A DNA stretch of 63,842 nt, filler included, from Collodictyon triciliatum (taxonomy: Eukaryota): NCBI GenBank assembly GCA_043381765.1. It is 12 parts of 12 records of this genome, joined end to end, with 100 filler letters (N's around TTAATTAATTAA, not from the genome) between each part and the next. Parts side by side here need not be neighbours in the genome. Positions count along the whole stretch, not along the records: positions 16,737 to 22,213 come from JBHJMP010005165.1; positions 22,314 to 27,790 come from JBHJMP010005166.1; positions 27,891 to 33,366 come from JBHJMP010005167.1; 9 more parts are not named here. One strand, 5' to 3'. Both the position numbers and the translations under genes were made by a program. This document shows positions 19,512 to 32,037 of this stretch, piece after piece (positions within the stretch are counted from its first letter, which is position 1; each line of letters begins with the position of its first letter). The notes beneath the pieces were generated by a model. It was not told the DNA's origin, made no database searches, and worked only from the letters and a program-made list of their open reading frames with translations.

Positions 19512-20452
19512 GGCTATAAGATGAACTTTTCTTCTATTTTCTATTTTCTACTTTCTACTTTCTATTTTCTATTTTCTATTTTCTATTTTCTATTTTCTAT
19601 TTTCTATTTTCTATTTTCTATTTTCTATTTTCTATTTTCTATTTTCTATTTTCTATTTTCTATTTTCTATTATATTTCATGTAATAGAGTATTAGAAACT
19701 CATGTGATGTCAATTTTTTTTAATTACAGAATGTTAGATGAGAAAATAAGAATAAGGCACCTGCGGACGGCGGCTCCTCTTCGACAGCAACAGCCGAACG
19801 TGCACTTTGACTTTCAGACTGTGGTGTGGATATAGCCAAATCGTCCTAAATAAGTTTAACCAAGAATTTTCGTCAGCATTATCAATCTTTCTAGAAGTAT
19901 TAACTTCAAAGAAAGATACAAAATATATATGTAAAAAAAAAAGGAAGGGGACTCTGCGTGATGCAAATTAAATGTATAGTTTGCCTTAAATAAAAAAAAA
20001 GCTGATATTTCATTCAGTTTAATTAAGGGCGAAGTGTTTCCTTGAAGGAAGGGAACGTCAGGTAAGAAAGGAGAGAAAAAAATAAAAATAAACAGGAAGG
20101 CATTCATGAATAATAGTTAGATCAAGGAATCTCGAGCTGAATAGGCTGTCTGCCACAAATAGCTTGTGCGTAATGATCAACTCGACTTTTCAAGGGCAAC
20201 GCCAGCTTTGCATAAGCGTTTCACACTTCGAAACTCTTTTTTTTCTTTTTTTTTTTTCTTTCCATTTCGTGCACGTAACAAAGCTCTTCAATTCTTTGAC
20301 TTTTTTATTCTTCCTTTCAAAAATAAAAATAAAAACAATACCTCCATTATTACATACAAGAGAAGAAAGAAAAATGAAATATCTATTCACGATCATATGT
20401 TTACCTTCCCACGAAGCCCGCGACCGCCGCGAATACTCGAGAGCGCGTCCAT
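16912..20452 (-). CDS. CFAP100: Cilia- and flagella-associated protein 100 (CCDC37, DUF4200), 3' end truncated
   Basis: Spliced NPFSMPSDDEVFALRDEE, LHVWEK, FIAKKREMFLVQMSLDTKRDEM, EQMLEEDAMRFDAFLKEND and YKEFLEGLTPQEW. First exon MDALSSIRGGRGLRGK. Confidence 0.9.
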
Positions 20453-21578
20453 AACTTTCGATTTTGACTCTTTCCTTTCTTTATTTGTAAATAGACCTAG
20501 AACGCTAGTATTTAAAAAAAAAAATTATTATATATCATTATTCTCGTGTTTAACGCAGATATTAACCCCCTCTCTACTCAACCCTCACACGCTGCAGGTG
20601 AAGTAACTCTTCTACTCTGTTTTTACCCCAACTATTGTTATAAAGACAACCAAGCCTGTCGTGGATGAAAAAAAGAAAAGATCGTCTGGCTAATGGAAAT
20701 ATCGCCGAGACGATCTCGCACAATTGGCAAAATGTCCGTTACAACGTGGCAGCATCCTTTCAATAATAATTTTACGTAATACATATATCATCACTATATA
20801 TATAGATTTATAATAGACATTATACTTTCATAATAACATTATATTACCATCCTTACATAATTTCCAAAATTATTAATTCAGATAGGTATGATTAGTCAGA
20901 AATGAAATTTTTTCAAACGCTTTTCTGTGTCAGGAAGAACACCTGTCAAACGAAGGAGCACGGGCAGCCACAAACACACGCATGCAGCCACAGACACAGA
21001 TGTGAACACAGGCGAGGATAGCAAACCACACAGATGCGCGTAGCTGATTGGGCGGACAGAGGACGAGATTGGTGCGCCCACCGGAACAGGCCCCCGAGAA
21101 AAAATAAATCCATTGTGGACTGATAACGCGGGAGCTGTGAAGCTTGCATTCCCCGACGAAAAAGCTGTGTGTATTATTCGGTGGCGTTGTTGACTGGCTA
21201 CTTGTCAAATGGATATGTGGTTCGGATGATCGGGAAAAATCTCCACTCAGACGTGAGTTACAGCGGATGGTATGATGCGTGCAGTGTTTAGTGGTGTTTC
21301 TGCGTGTATGAAACAACAAGCAGCAAATCAAATGAAAATGACGATAAGACTTTGGAAACCTTTTCAAACGAAGGAGCGAGAGAGGGAAAGAAAGACACGG
21401 GGAGGAACGAAGAAGTAGTAGTAGAAGAAGACGAAGGAGTTGGAGGAGGAGAAGGCGATTACATTCTCTTGGATTGCGGATTGGGTTGCATATAATTTGG
21501 AATCAAGGCAAGGAAGAAAGAGTGAGACAAGGAGAGAAGGAGAGAGAGAGAGAGGGCAAAGTAAAGGCCAACTGCGGA

Positions 21579-22196
21579 CTAGTTGACGAGCCAGCTGATG
21601 GACATCTTTGAAGAGGCTGTAGCGCGAAGTACATGAGTGTCTTGCACAGGGGGCAGAAAGCGGGCCGTTGGGCGCAGAAAGTCGGCTTCATCGAGAGTCT
21701 CTTCATCGTCCTCATCAACGGCGTTCTTCCGCTTGTCACCACAGATTCCATCGGCATTATCCGCAAGACTTTCGCGCATGGCAGAGATTTGCTTGCTGTT
21801 CTCTGGACCCGAAGCCACATCGACAGAAGACAAGGCGGAGAGGTGACGCGCAATCTCCAGCTCATCCAGCGAGTGGGCGGCGTTTGCTGGTGCCGGATAG
21901 GCAGGGGCCTCTTTGAGGCGAGGGGGAGATAGATGAGAAGGGAGGAGCGCAGGAGACTGCGTCATGGAGGCCGTCGAGGACGTGGATGTGGACGTGGACG
22001 AGGAATTGGACGTTGCGTTCTGCGGGTTGATAAGGATAGCCGATGTAGTTGTGGTTGCTAATAATGATGATGATGATGATGTTTTTGGAAGAGATTCTCC
22101 CGCTTCTCCTGTGACGCTCTTGTTGATGTGGCGCCAGCGGTAGCGGCATTGCTGCCCTGTGCGTCCGGGGAGATGGCGGGCAATCTGAGGCGGCAC
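21579..22196 (-). CDS. Myb/SANT transcription factor, last exon only
   Basis: IARHLPGRTGQQCRYRWRHIN (Myb repeat helices 2-3), then a Ser/Thr/Pro-rich tail ending KMSISWLVN*. Confidence 0.85.
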   Translation of the reverse strand: MPPQIARHLPGRTGQQCRYRWRHINKSVTGEAGESLPKTSSSSSLLATTTTSAILINPQNATSNSSSTSTSTSSTASMTQSPALLPSHLSPPRLKEAPAYPAPANAAHSLDELEIARHLSALSSVDVASGPENSKQISAMRESLADNADGICGDKRKNAVDEDDEETLDEADFLRPTARFLPPVQDTHVLRATASSKMSISWLVN

Positions 22197-22477
22197 AAAT
22201 ATTCCATTTAGATNNNNNNNNNNNNNNNNNNNNNNNNNNNNNNNNNNNNNNNNNNNNTTAATTAATTAANNNNNNNNNNNNNNNNNNNNNNNNNNNNNNN
22301 NNNNNNNNNNNNNAATAAAACGCAATAATAAAACGCAATAATAAAACGCAATAATAAAACGCAATAATAAAACGCAATAATAAAACGCAATAATAAAACG
22401 CAATAATAAAACTAAAAAAAAGTACAAGGACAAATAAGAGCAATCCCAAAAATTAATACTCTATCATGATGACTTAC

Positions 22478-25400
22478 TTCGTAAATGGTTGTTGGGGAGC
22501 GCCTTCCTTTGACCATGTATTTCAAAAGAGGCCTAAAGACAAAGAGGGATGCAGCCATATTCTTTGTTTCCTGTGTTTTTAAAATATGGTGAATGCAAAA
22601 GAGCCAATATTTTACTGGATAGTTGAATACAAATTATTTTCACAAAACAACAACCATTGTCTTTTAATGAGAAACAAATTTTAAAAAACCAATGCATATT
22701 TCCTTTCAGTATCAAAAAGATAATTTTAGCATCGTTTTTTGTTCTTCTAATTGTGAGAGACTGATGACGATTTCATAAATTTAGCAGTTCTACAAAGTTA
22801 AAAGTATAGAGATGTCAAATACCTCTGAAACGATAAGCTCAGTGCCAAAAACTTTGTTCAAACCTTCGATTAGAGAGGCCAGATTCAAGTTCTCGCCTAC
22901 AATACCAAACTGGGCGCAAGAAACAAAACTATGATTTGCAATGGAATCTCACTGAATATTTAATTGTTCCTCAAAAAAAACCTTCATCCTGTTCGGCGAG
23001 CCGATATTTCCCACTAGAACTTCGCCTGTGCCGTTGAAAACCAGTTAAAAACGTAAAACAAAAAAAAAAACGGAAAAAAAAGGAGAAAATCTAAAAATTT
23101 TTTATAACCTGTGTTTATCCCGATGCGAGTTTTTATGTGGCAGTTCAAAAGTTTCTTCTTTTGCCATTTCATCTACACACAGGAATTGCTCAGTTACTGA
23201 GCCGTACATACTGTTGGCAATAAACATGCCTCGAGTGGATTTACCTGCAATTTTTCTAGTGCAGCCTGGGATGCGATGGCAGCATCAATAGCCATAGCTG
23301 CATGGTCTTCTATTGTCATCGGTGCGTTCCAAAAAGCCAAAACACCGTCTGATTGAGAAACATATAATTACTATGTATTTTTCAATGATATACTTAAAAG
23401 AACAAAAAAATGTAATAATTAATTTAAACCATTTCAATAAACTGAAAATTTCTCAAACCTCCGAGGAATTCGGCAACCATCCCACCGCGTGATGATATCG
23501 CATCTGTAAGAACTACAAATATAGCATAAAGTAAATTCATTACACTTATTCTAGGGGTTTAAAAATATTATCAGTTTTGTTTATTCTAAAATGTATACAT
23601 TTATTTCAAGGGTAAAGTAAACAAATGAAAGAGAAAAAAAAAAAAGAAAAAACGCGCTTAAGTGTTTGAATATATCGAATACTCACTGGTAAAATATTGG
23701 CCAAGGAACTCAATCAAACCAGTAAGATTCATCGACTCTGCCATCGTGGTGTAATTTTCTGATAGAAAAATAAAAAACCAAAAGATAATCACTCTTTCCT
23801 TAAAATTGGAAAATAATCCTGTCATGTAAGTCCCATGATTTATAAACCATTTTTTAAACTGAGAATAATCTTTTCATTCTTTAAAAATAACTCTTGAAAT
23901 AAGCATATACAAACCTATATCGCTGAAAAGCATCGTCATCGTTGCGTGCCTAACTCCTAATCTTGCATCACCCTCGTAAGAGAGGATATGAGATACAATT
24001 TCCTGGGGGACATATCTCGAAAAGGATTGCAACCCCCTTCTCAGGGCAAGAAAACTTGACTGTATAACTCTAATCTAAATTTAAACTTCAAATTCAAAAT
24101 ATACTGAAGATTACTTTTCATTAGATGCCTTTCCTAAATAATCCCTCATTTATTTAACTTTTTTTTTATAAAATCATATACTGAAGCATAATGAGGTTGA
24201 TATCTAAACAATAACCTCCTTCACTGTGGACAATTCCGTTTCTCCTGACATAGCGGGATTTGGATTTTTCCAGCTGGTTTCATAATCAAGGGATTGATCA
24301 TCTATTTCTACATCATAAAGCAAGATGAAATTACAACCATATTTACTGCCTCTCTTTTGCTTTAAAAAAACGATAATGTCGTCTCTGAATAAAGTTATTC
24401 AATACCATTTTCAGCGGTTTCGGCGTGCTGAGGTGTACTGACCAATCTCGAAAGATTTGTCACCTGTTGTTCAGATGACCTAAAGACCGGTGAGTTTAGG
24501 ATTTTTTTTAACTTTGTCGGTTATGTCTTGACGAAAATATAAGGTTATGAGGAAAATAACTTCTGATTATCAAGAAGAGACTCACTCTGAAAAATTGAGT
24601 AGCATCAATTCCTTCATTTCCGTCTCAAGCTTACGCAAAGGATTGATAATTATGTAAGAAATAATCACACCAAAGATGAGTGTGATAGCCAGAATGGCAG
24701 AGAATATGATAGTGTATTGCCTGGGGAGTAGTAAGAACAATAGAAAAACAGTCTTTCAGTATATTCTTCGTAAAAAGAAAAAACACAGAGGATTCTTTAT
24801 ATTTTCTTTTGAGTTTTTTTTTTGTGGTTCTTTTGTGTCATTTTCTTCTATTGAACAATGTTACATACTCATTCGTGTCGGTAAAAACTCTATCAAAGTC
24901 AGAATTAGGAGAAACAACACCATAGACAAAGTATAGGTTCGAAATGTCCTGGTTGAAACAACAGAAGAGCATCATCAAAGGATTACTTTTTTTTTTCTTA
25001 AAAAAAAAAAAAGAGTCCTGCTGCTCGTCTTATGAAAGATACTGCTTCAATCTCCTTTCATAATTTTTTTTTTGTTGTTGAACAAACAAACCTTATAATC
25101 AGCAAAGAAAGAGACACTCATAGTGTACAGATTGTCTCCTAGAGTAAATTCTTTTTCATATAAAGCATTAACCAAATCAAAAGAATCGAATCTTTTTAGA
25201 ATTTCAACTCCGCATCTTCTGAACCTATATAAATTATCAGAAGAGTGAATCTTTGATACACTGGTATTTTAATCTAAAAAAAAACATCTAAATTGAAATG
25301 ACGACCTTGGGTTAGGCGAATCTGTAATTAGTGTCAAGTTGGGTGAGTTGAAATAATAAACCATCGAGCCGTTAACGTCCTTCATCACTTCATTCGTAGC

Positions 25401-27614
25401 TATTATGCGTCTGATATGTAAACATATATTTGGTGAGACGCTTACATTAAGGCCCAAAAAATCCAATTTATATCATCCATGATTGCCGTAATTAAGCTTA
25501 AAATAAAAACAATCAACATAAAAAAGCTACAAAAATCAGTAAAAAGATCAAGATAAAGATAAAAAAGAGAGCTAGAAAAGCACTAACCCATCATTTGAGA
25601 GAACAAAAAACTCCGCATTATCGCTGTACTCGAGTGTGCCCAAGAACTCCTGAAACGCCTACTCAAAAATTGACTATAAATATTTATCAGAAAGGTAAAT
25701 AAGCATAAAAAATTAAACTACCTCCATTTCATAGCTGAGGGAGAGGACATATTTCCTTTTCATTGGAGCCTCATCAACAAATGGAAAATGAAATGCAAAG
25801 AACCGAACGTATTGATTTTCAGAAGATTTCAGATTTTCAACCTGTTTAAAGGTTTCTTAATAATGGTTCTAGACAGTTGGATGAGCGATATTTCTTATGG
25901 AAAAAAAAAAGAGTCATGGACATAGAGATTACTCTATAAATCGGGGCAGGGTTCTCCCAATCGATTAAAGAGTCTGCAGACGACATTCCTGATGCGCCCA
26001 AAACTGTTAATGGGAGAACCTTTAATTCCAAAAGAAAAAATGAAAGTTAAGGCGAAATTAACTGGAAAAAAGAATTTTGTAAGATAAGGAAAGTTTAGAG
26101 TCATGTCTAGATTATTCGTATTTTTTATATATATTTAGCTACTTGAAATAAAATTTCTGGTTGCCCTGTTGTGCCATTAACTGTGTACAGAAAGGCACTT
26201 TGTTGTAAGTTCATGATTCTCACATAGCAAAAGCCAAAGGCGTAAGAATAGTATCCAATAATTTCTGCAATGTCGTCAATATATAGGCTCATGCTTGGTA
26301 GAGTCGAAACCTTTCAATTTTAAATTGGTCATTTCTTTCTGATTCATCGAGAGTGCGTGACAAGTGATTTATTAGACAGAAAGGCACGGAAAATATAATC
26401 GTGATTGTGACATATATACAGGAATCTATGAGAGATAAAACCCCAATACTTACTGTTCCATAGTTGATGTACATCAAATAATTCACATTTGAAATGAATT
26501 TATCATCAATAACCAGATTCGCAGAGATTTCATCAGTAATTAGTCGTTTTAACGGAGCAGACACGACTACTGGATAGGAGATAACCTGTATCCAATGAAA
26601 TTTATTTTTTCTTTTATTGATGCTTTTTATATACTTTTCTTCAACGATACAATAACTCAATATCATAAAAATGATTACTTCTTTTTTCTTTTCAAAAGGT
26701 TTGAAATATTGTAAAATCATTTTCAAATTATTACTTTGCCTAGTTCCACTTCTATCGCATAGAAACTGGCGTCACTAATGGTTGGGGGTATATTCAAAAA
26801 AATAACTATAAAGTGTCGAAAATTAGAGAATTTATGTGCAATCCAAATGGACTAACCGTAGTTGCTTATTTAATTGATTTATGGATGTCCTTGCATTATT
26901 CGTCGTAAAAAGCCACATGGATACGATGGACCCAACCACCTGCAGGATGATTGATTTCATAAAAATTGGACGAAAAAGAGAGAGAAGAGAAGTCACTTTC
27001 AAGCAGGCATTCTCAAAGATAAAAGCCTTACGATATACACTCAAACAACAAAAAAGGAACAGAAAACAAATAGAAAACAAACAAAAACAAACAAAAACAA
27101 ACAAAAACAAACAAAAACAAACAAAAACATATAAAAACAAATAATAACAAATAAAAACATATAAAACAAATAAAAACAAATAAAAACAAATAAAAACAAA
27201 TAAAAACAAATAAAAACAAATAAAACAAATAAAACAAATAAAACAAATAAAAACAAATAAAAACAAATAAAAACAAATAAAAACAAATAAAAACAAATAA
27301 AAACAAATAAAAACAAATAAAACATATTTAAAATATAAAATTCTAAAATTTCTGAAAAAGAAATAATTTATAATAAAATATGTGATATTGCTTCTTATCT
27401 CCAATAAAATAGTTTTTAGCATAATACCCACAAGTAAGCTGATGACAGTGAGAATGCAAAACATAATTGGAAACGTAAATATTGCATTCCTCTCTGAATG
27501 TTCGCTCATTTGTATCCAAGGAGGAATCTCTTCTGAAAAAATTGCACCTTCATCTTTCTTAATGGAGCCACGTTGAGCTCCTAAAGAAGGGTCATTTAGA
27601 TCTTCCATACTGAC
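22478..27614 (-). CDS. Membrane class III nucleotide cyclase (TM - extracellular sensor - TM - HAMP-like - cyclase), many introns, truncated
   Basis: [78 protein letters not shown] and MVKGR. The second TM is followed by IINPLRKLETEM. Confidence 0.9.
27060..27322. repeat. (AAAAACAAAT)n-like repeat in a cyclase intron
   Basis: Seen directly. Confidence 0.9.
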
Positions 27615-27891
27615 CTAATAAATGAGCAAAGAAAGAGGGTTAAAAAGGAAAAAAGACGAGAGTAGAAAGAAAAAAGCAAATAATGATGATAATGATAATA
27701 ATAATAATGATAATAATAATAATGATAATAATAATAATGATAATAATAATAATGATAATAATAATAATGATAATAATAATAATGATAATANNNNNNNNNN
27801 NNNNNNNNNNNNNNNNNNNNNNNNNNNNNNNNNNTTAATTAATTAANNNNNNNNNNNNNNNNNNNNNNNNNNNNNNNNNNNNNNNNNNNNT

Positions 27892-27990
<99 letters not shown>

Positions 27991-28113
27991 GTTTATTTCA
28001 TTATTATTCTGTGCTGGTCACTGTAGTAGTTATTGGAGATATTGTCGAATTCCGATGGGTATCAGTCGGTGTTTTCTCTATCCCCTGTTCCATCATTCGG
28101 ATGGTTTGTGTGC

Positions 28114-31100
28114 TCAAGGGAATCCTATCTGGCTTACTGCTTCAGAGATATCTTCTGACAGAGCATCCATAACAGTCTTTGGGATTTGATGATTGATGAA
28201 TCGACGAGCCTTTGATATAATTAAGGAGAGACTCGAGGATGAAGCTCCTGAAAAATACCCTTCGAGTACCTGGACAACTATTTCAGCCGTGATTGCTTCT
28301 TTGCTCACTACAAGATATTCAATTGCGATGTTAGCCTTTACATACAGTCATGAAAGGCGAACAGAAACGAGGGTGATAGTCGAAAAATAACAATAAATGT
28401 ATAATTAATTAAAACAATCATAATATTTCATATGACAAGTATATCCAAAGCAGACGCCTCAAAGGGAAACTTCACCTTTGTATTTGCCCATTAATTCATA
28501 AACGATTTTGATGTCCATCTTGATAGACTTCATAACCTCTTGGGTATCCACCCAAAATCCTATGGCTGTTGCACGAATTAGATTAAGCAAAGAAACCCAC
28601 CAAATGAAAAGAAGAAAAGAAAAAAAGAAAAAAAGAAAAAAAGAAAAAAAGAAAAAAAGAAAAAAAGAAAAAAAGAAAAAAAAAAAAAAAAAAAAAAAGA
28701 AAAAAAGAGAAAAAGAAAAAAAGAAAAAAAGAAAAAAAAGAAAAAAAAAGAAAAAAAGAAAAAAAGAAAACAGAAAACAGAAAAAACAGAAAACTACAAG
28801 ACCAGACTCATAAAAAAATTGCTCATCGACTAGCCATGTACCATTTTGGCACCGAACGATGCTTCTAAGGATGTCCTCCTTTTTTTGTGTATTGCTGATG
28901 GGATCGTGCTTCGTCATCTGAGAAAAGCCCAAGTAGTCTTCGGAGTCCTGGTATCTTGACGAATTTCCTACTAGATAAGTAGGCGACGATGATTTCATAA
29001 TGGATGAACTAAACTCGTCCCTTTGTTGGGACCGGCGCCTGGAAGAATAAGGCTCTGGTGCTGCCATCTGTAGAGACGGTCCGAATGGAGATGCGCCGGC
29101 CATCTGCATAGATTGGGGCGAACCAAAGGGATTATGCGACGGTTGGGAGCCCGTCGAAAACGGCGAAGGAGTTTGCATATGATAAGTCGGAGGAGAAGCC
29201 ATTCTTGCGCCTGCCATAACTGGAGGTGGTGAACCAAAAGTCGCAAAAACGCGTGCTGGTGGGCTCGCTCCAAACGGATTTGGGGCAGATAGATACCTAG
29301 GAGCTACGCAGAGGAAATGTACATGTGTTTAAATGGATATCAAGTCATGTTTACACCAATCCGAGTCTATTTTAATCAACATTTCAAATTGATTGTTTTT
29401 TATTTGAAGAAATAGGTGTGATGATGTCGATGCCCATACCTCCAAACGGATGGTGATGCTGTCTCTCGATGATGCTAATGGGGCGGATGGTCTAGCATTT
29501 TAGCAAGTGTTAAGTGGCATAGAAGGTTCTAAAATCGCAAATATTCTAGAGAACCCGTTGTGATAATTTGAAATCATGTTGCATATGTGTTACGAGTTTG
29601 ATGAATAGAATAAAATCATCGAGTACATACCGGATGTGCCTGTATTCTCTGTCCTTGTACCTTGCTCTTTGACACTCCAATAAATGTCGTTTTTGTGCTG
29701 AGAACCGATGCATCGATGGATAGCGCAACCATGTGCTTCTCAGATACTGGATTGCTGGTCTCTTCCAGCTTTCGTATCTTCTTAAGGGCAGCCAAACGGA
29801 AAATGGAGCCATTTGTGTCACTTGGGACGTCAAAGTTAAGCTCCACCTCAAAGGAAAATGGATTTGTTGCGACAACCCCGTTGAAACTAATGATGTGCCT
29901 TCCTCTGATGGGATTTTGTGAGTCTCGTGTAAGAATCTCGTGGAAACTGGAGCGTGCTTGGTCAAATATGACTGGTTTCGAGGATAGTTCGTCAAATCGC
30001 TTGTCACATGGAAGTCCTCCCCAGTCGATAACAACATTGTCAAACGCAGGTTTAAGAGACTGGCTCAAAGCCCGGATGACCTTGTCGTCCAAGACCTCAT
30101 CGCCTACAATGAATTCTGCAGTTCCTTTCCCTATATCTGCAAGCCCGCGGACAAGTTGATGAGAGACCCCTGTCCCGATACCAAATGTGAATATTCTCGA
30201 GCTTCCATGATTCTTTTTTGTGTATTCCAAAACTTGCTCTGTGTTTGAAACTTCTCCATCAGTAAGGATAAAGAGAACAAGTCTTCTTCCGTCCCTTCGC
30301 TCCTCAGAAAGGATGTTTTGAATGGGCTGGAGAATCTCAGTCCCACCCAAATCAGCATTCAGCTGGCTACAGTGTTGCTCGGCCTTTTCCAGACTTGCTT
30401 GGTCATATTTCACAGAGTTTGGGAAGAGTTTTTCAAACGAGTTACCAAAGCCAACGATGTTAAAGTAGCAATCCACCGGTAACGACTTGATAAATAACAA
30501 CATTGTGCTCTTTACTTTCTTGATCGGACTGCCATCCATAGACCCACTTCTGTCCAATAAAAAGACGAACTCCATCTTGGTGCTGTCCTCAAACTCATCC
30601 AGCTCGATGAAAGTGGGGCAAATGGACACAGATATGCCATAATATGGACCAAAGGCTTCCACAGCTGCCTGCGTCAATAGGTTATCTTCCAGCTCTAATA
30701 CAAGAACATAATCTCCTGTCCAGTTCGTGTAGTTTTGGGCTGGGGTTACATCATACACATGACCCTGTTGAAGCGCGGATATCTGAACATCCCCACTCAG
30801 GCACTTGACCGAGTTTAGTGTCGCATAACTTTCAATGTGCGAGGTCACCGAGACCTGGGAGGGACTGATGCTGGTTTCATGCTGTTCGCGAAGAGGTCCG
30901 AAGGGACCCATGAGTGGCTGTCCGAAGGGATTCGCAAAAGGTGGAAGACCATGATTAGGAGGGTGAGGTCCGAAGGGGCCTGCAGGATGAGAAGACGCGG
31001 GTGTATATCGCGAGGAAATGGTGGTGGGCAGGACAAAGCGAAAGGTTTGGCCCTCGGACAAGAGCGGGATGATCATCTTGAGTCTCACGATGACCTGGAC

Positions 31101-31448
31101 ATTTGCATCGATGTTGCCCACTTGGATGTTGAGGAATTCTAGCCTCTCTTGATTGGCCATGGCGGCTGTGTGACCTGCCAAGATAGCCTCGTCAAACTCT
31201 TTCTTTGCGACCTCTTTCTCCTTGACCTGTGCGACGATGTGCTCGTTCGGAAGATCAAACTCGAGGGCGTAGATGGCCGAGGCGGGATCAAGAGGGAACG
31301 TAAACATGCCATCCAGAACTCGTCCTGTTGCATTCTCAAAGGTTTGCACAACATGGACATCGGCCACGTCGTTAGTGATGGTGTTTGTGATGTTCACCGA
31401 AAGGAGGCTCAGTGCAGACCCCAGCTTGGGATCGTAAAAGTAGGCCAT
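28114..31448 (-). CDS. VIT + von Willebrand factor A domain protein (VWA5A-like)
   Basis: 610-codon first exon with VIT (FTFPLDPASAI, QVGNI) and vWA with intact MIDAS (DRSGSM, GGTEI, LTDGE). Downstream exons include IVRCQNGTW and end at TGA 28114. Confidence 0.9.
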
Positions 31449-32037
31449 ATTTGTTGTCTTTCTCTATCTCTATCTCTTCTCTCGTGTGCTCCTGCTACTC
31501 CGGTGCTTGTTTTGAGTGTGTAACGGGTCAGGTTTAGTTGATTATTACTGGGCAATTGGTTTCATCTTAGACAATTTATAAAGTATAATAGTGAAAGTCA
31601 AGAGGCAAGTTTTGGCCGAGTACCCCTCCGCATGCCTCCCATAACAACACAATATAATATTCATAGCTGTTGCCGCTGGTGGCATACAGAATAGAGACAG
31701 ACAAAGAGAGAGAGAGAGAGAGAGGGCGATTGCCTTGTCTGAGAGGAGATGAGATAAAGAAAAGGCGTCGAGTCGATCTGAGGTTTCCGCTGTGTTCAAC
31801 TTCTGGTCTTGGCAGGTTATTTGATTCGATCTTGACAGACGATCATTCCTTTAGTGTGTTTATATAGCGGTGGTTGTATCTTGATTTCGCAAACTCCGAA
31901 AGTGTGTCTTTTTTTGGTTTTGTATTAAATGAGCCGGAGTTGTCTGGGTTTCGTTTTCCCGTGGTACCTTAAATATTTTGTCATTATTTTATTTTATTTT
32001 TATTCATTTTTCAATTCACAAAGAACGAAAGAAAGAA

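Noticed and set aside
20637-20650. GTTATAAAGACAAC as an RFX X-box upstream of CFAP100
   Set aside because: Only a partial match, and no equivalent site was seen upstream of KATNIP.
23507-23685. Possible micro-exon in the cyclase gene
   Set aside because: An upstream TAG acceptor restores the expected YFTILTDAI spacing.
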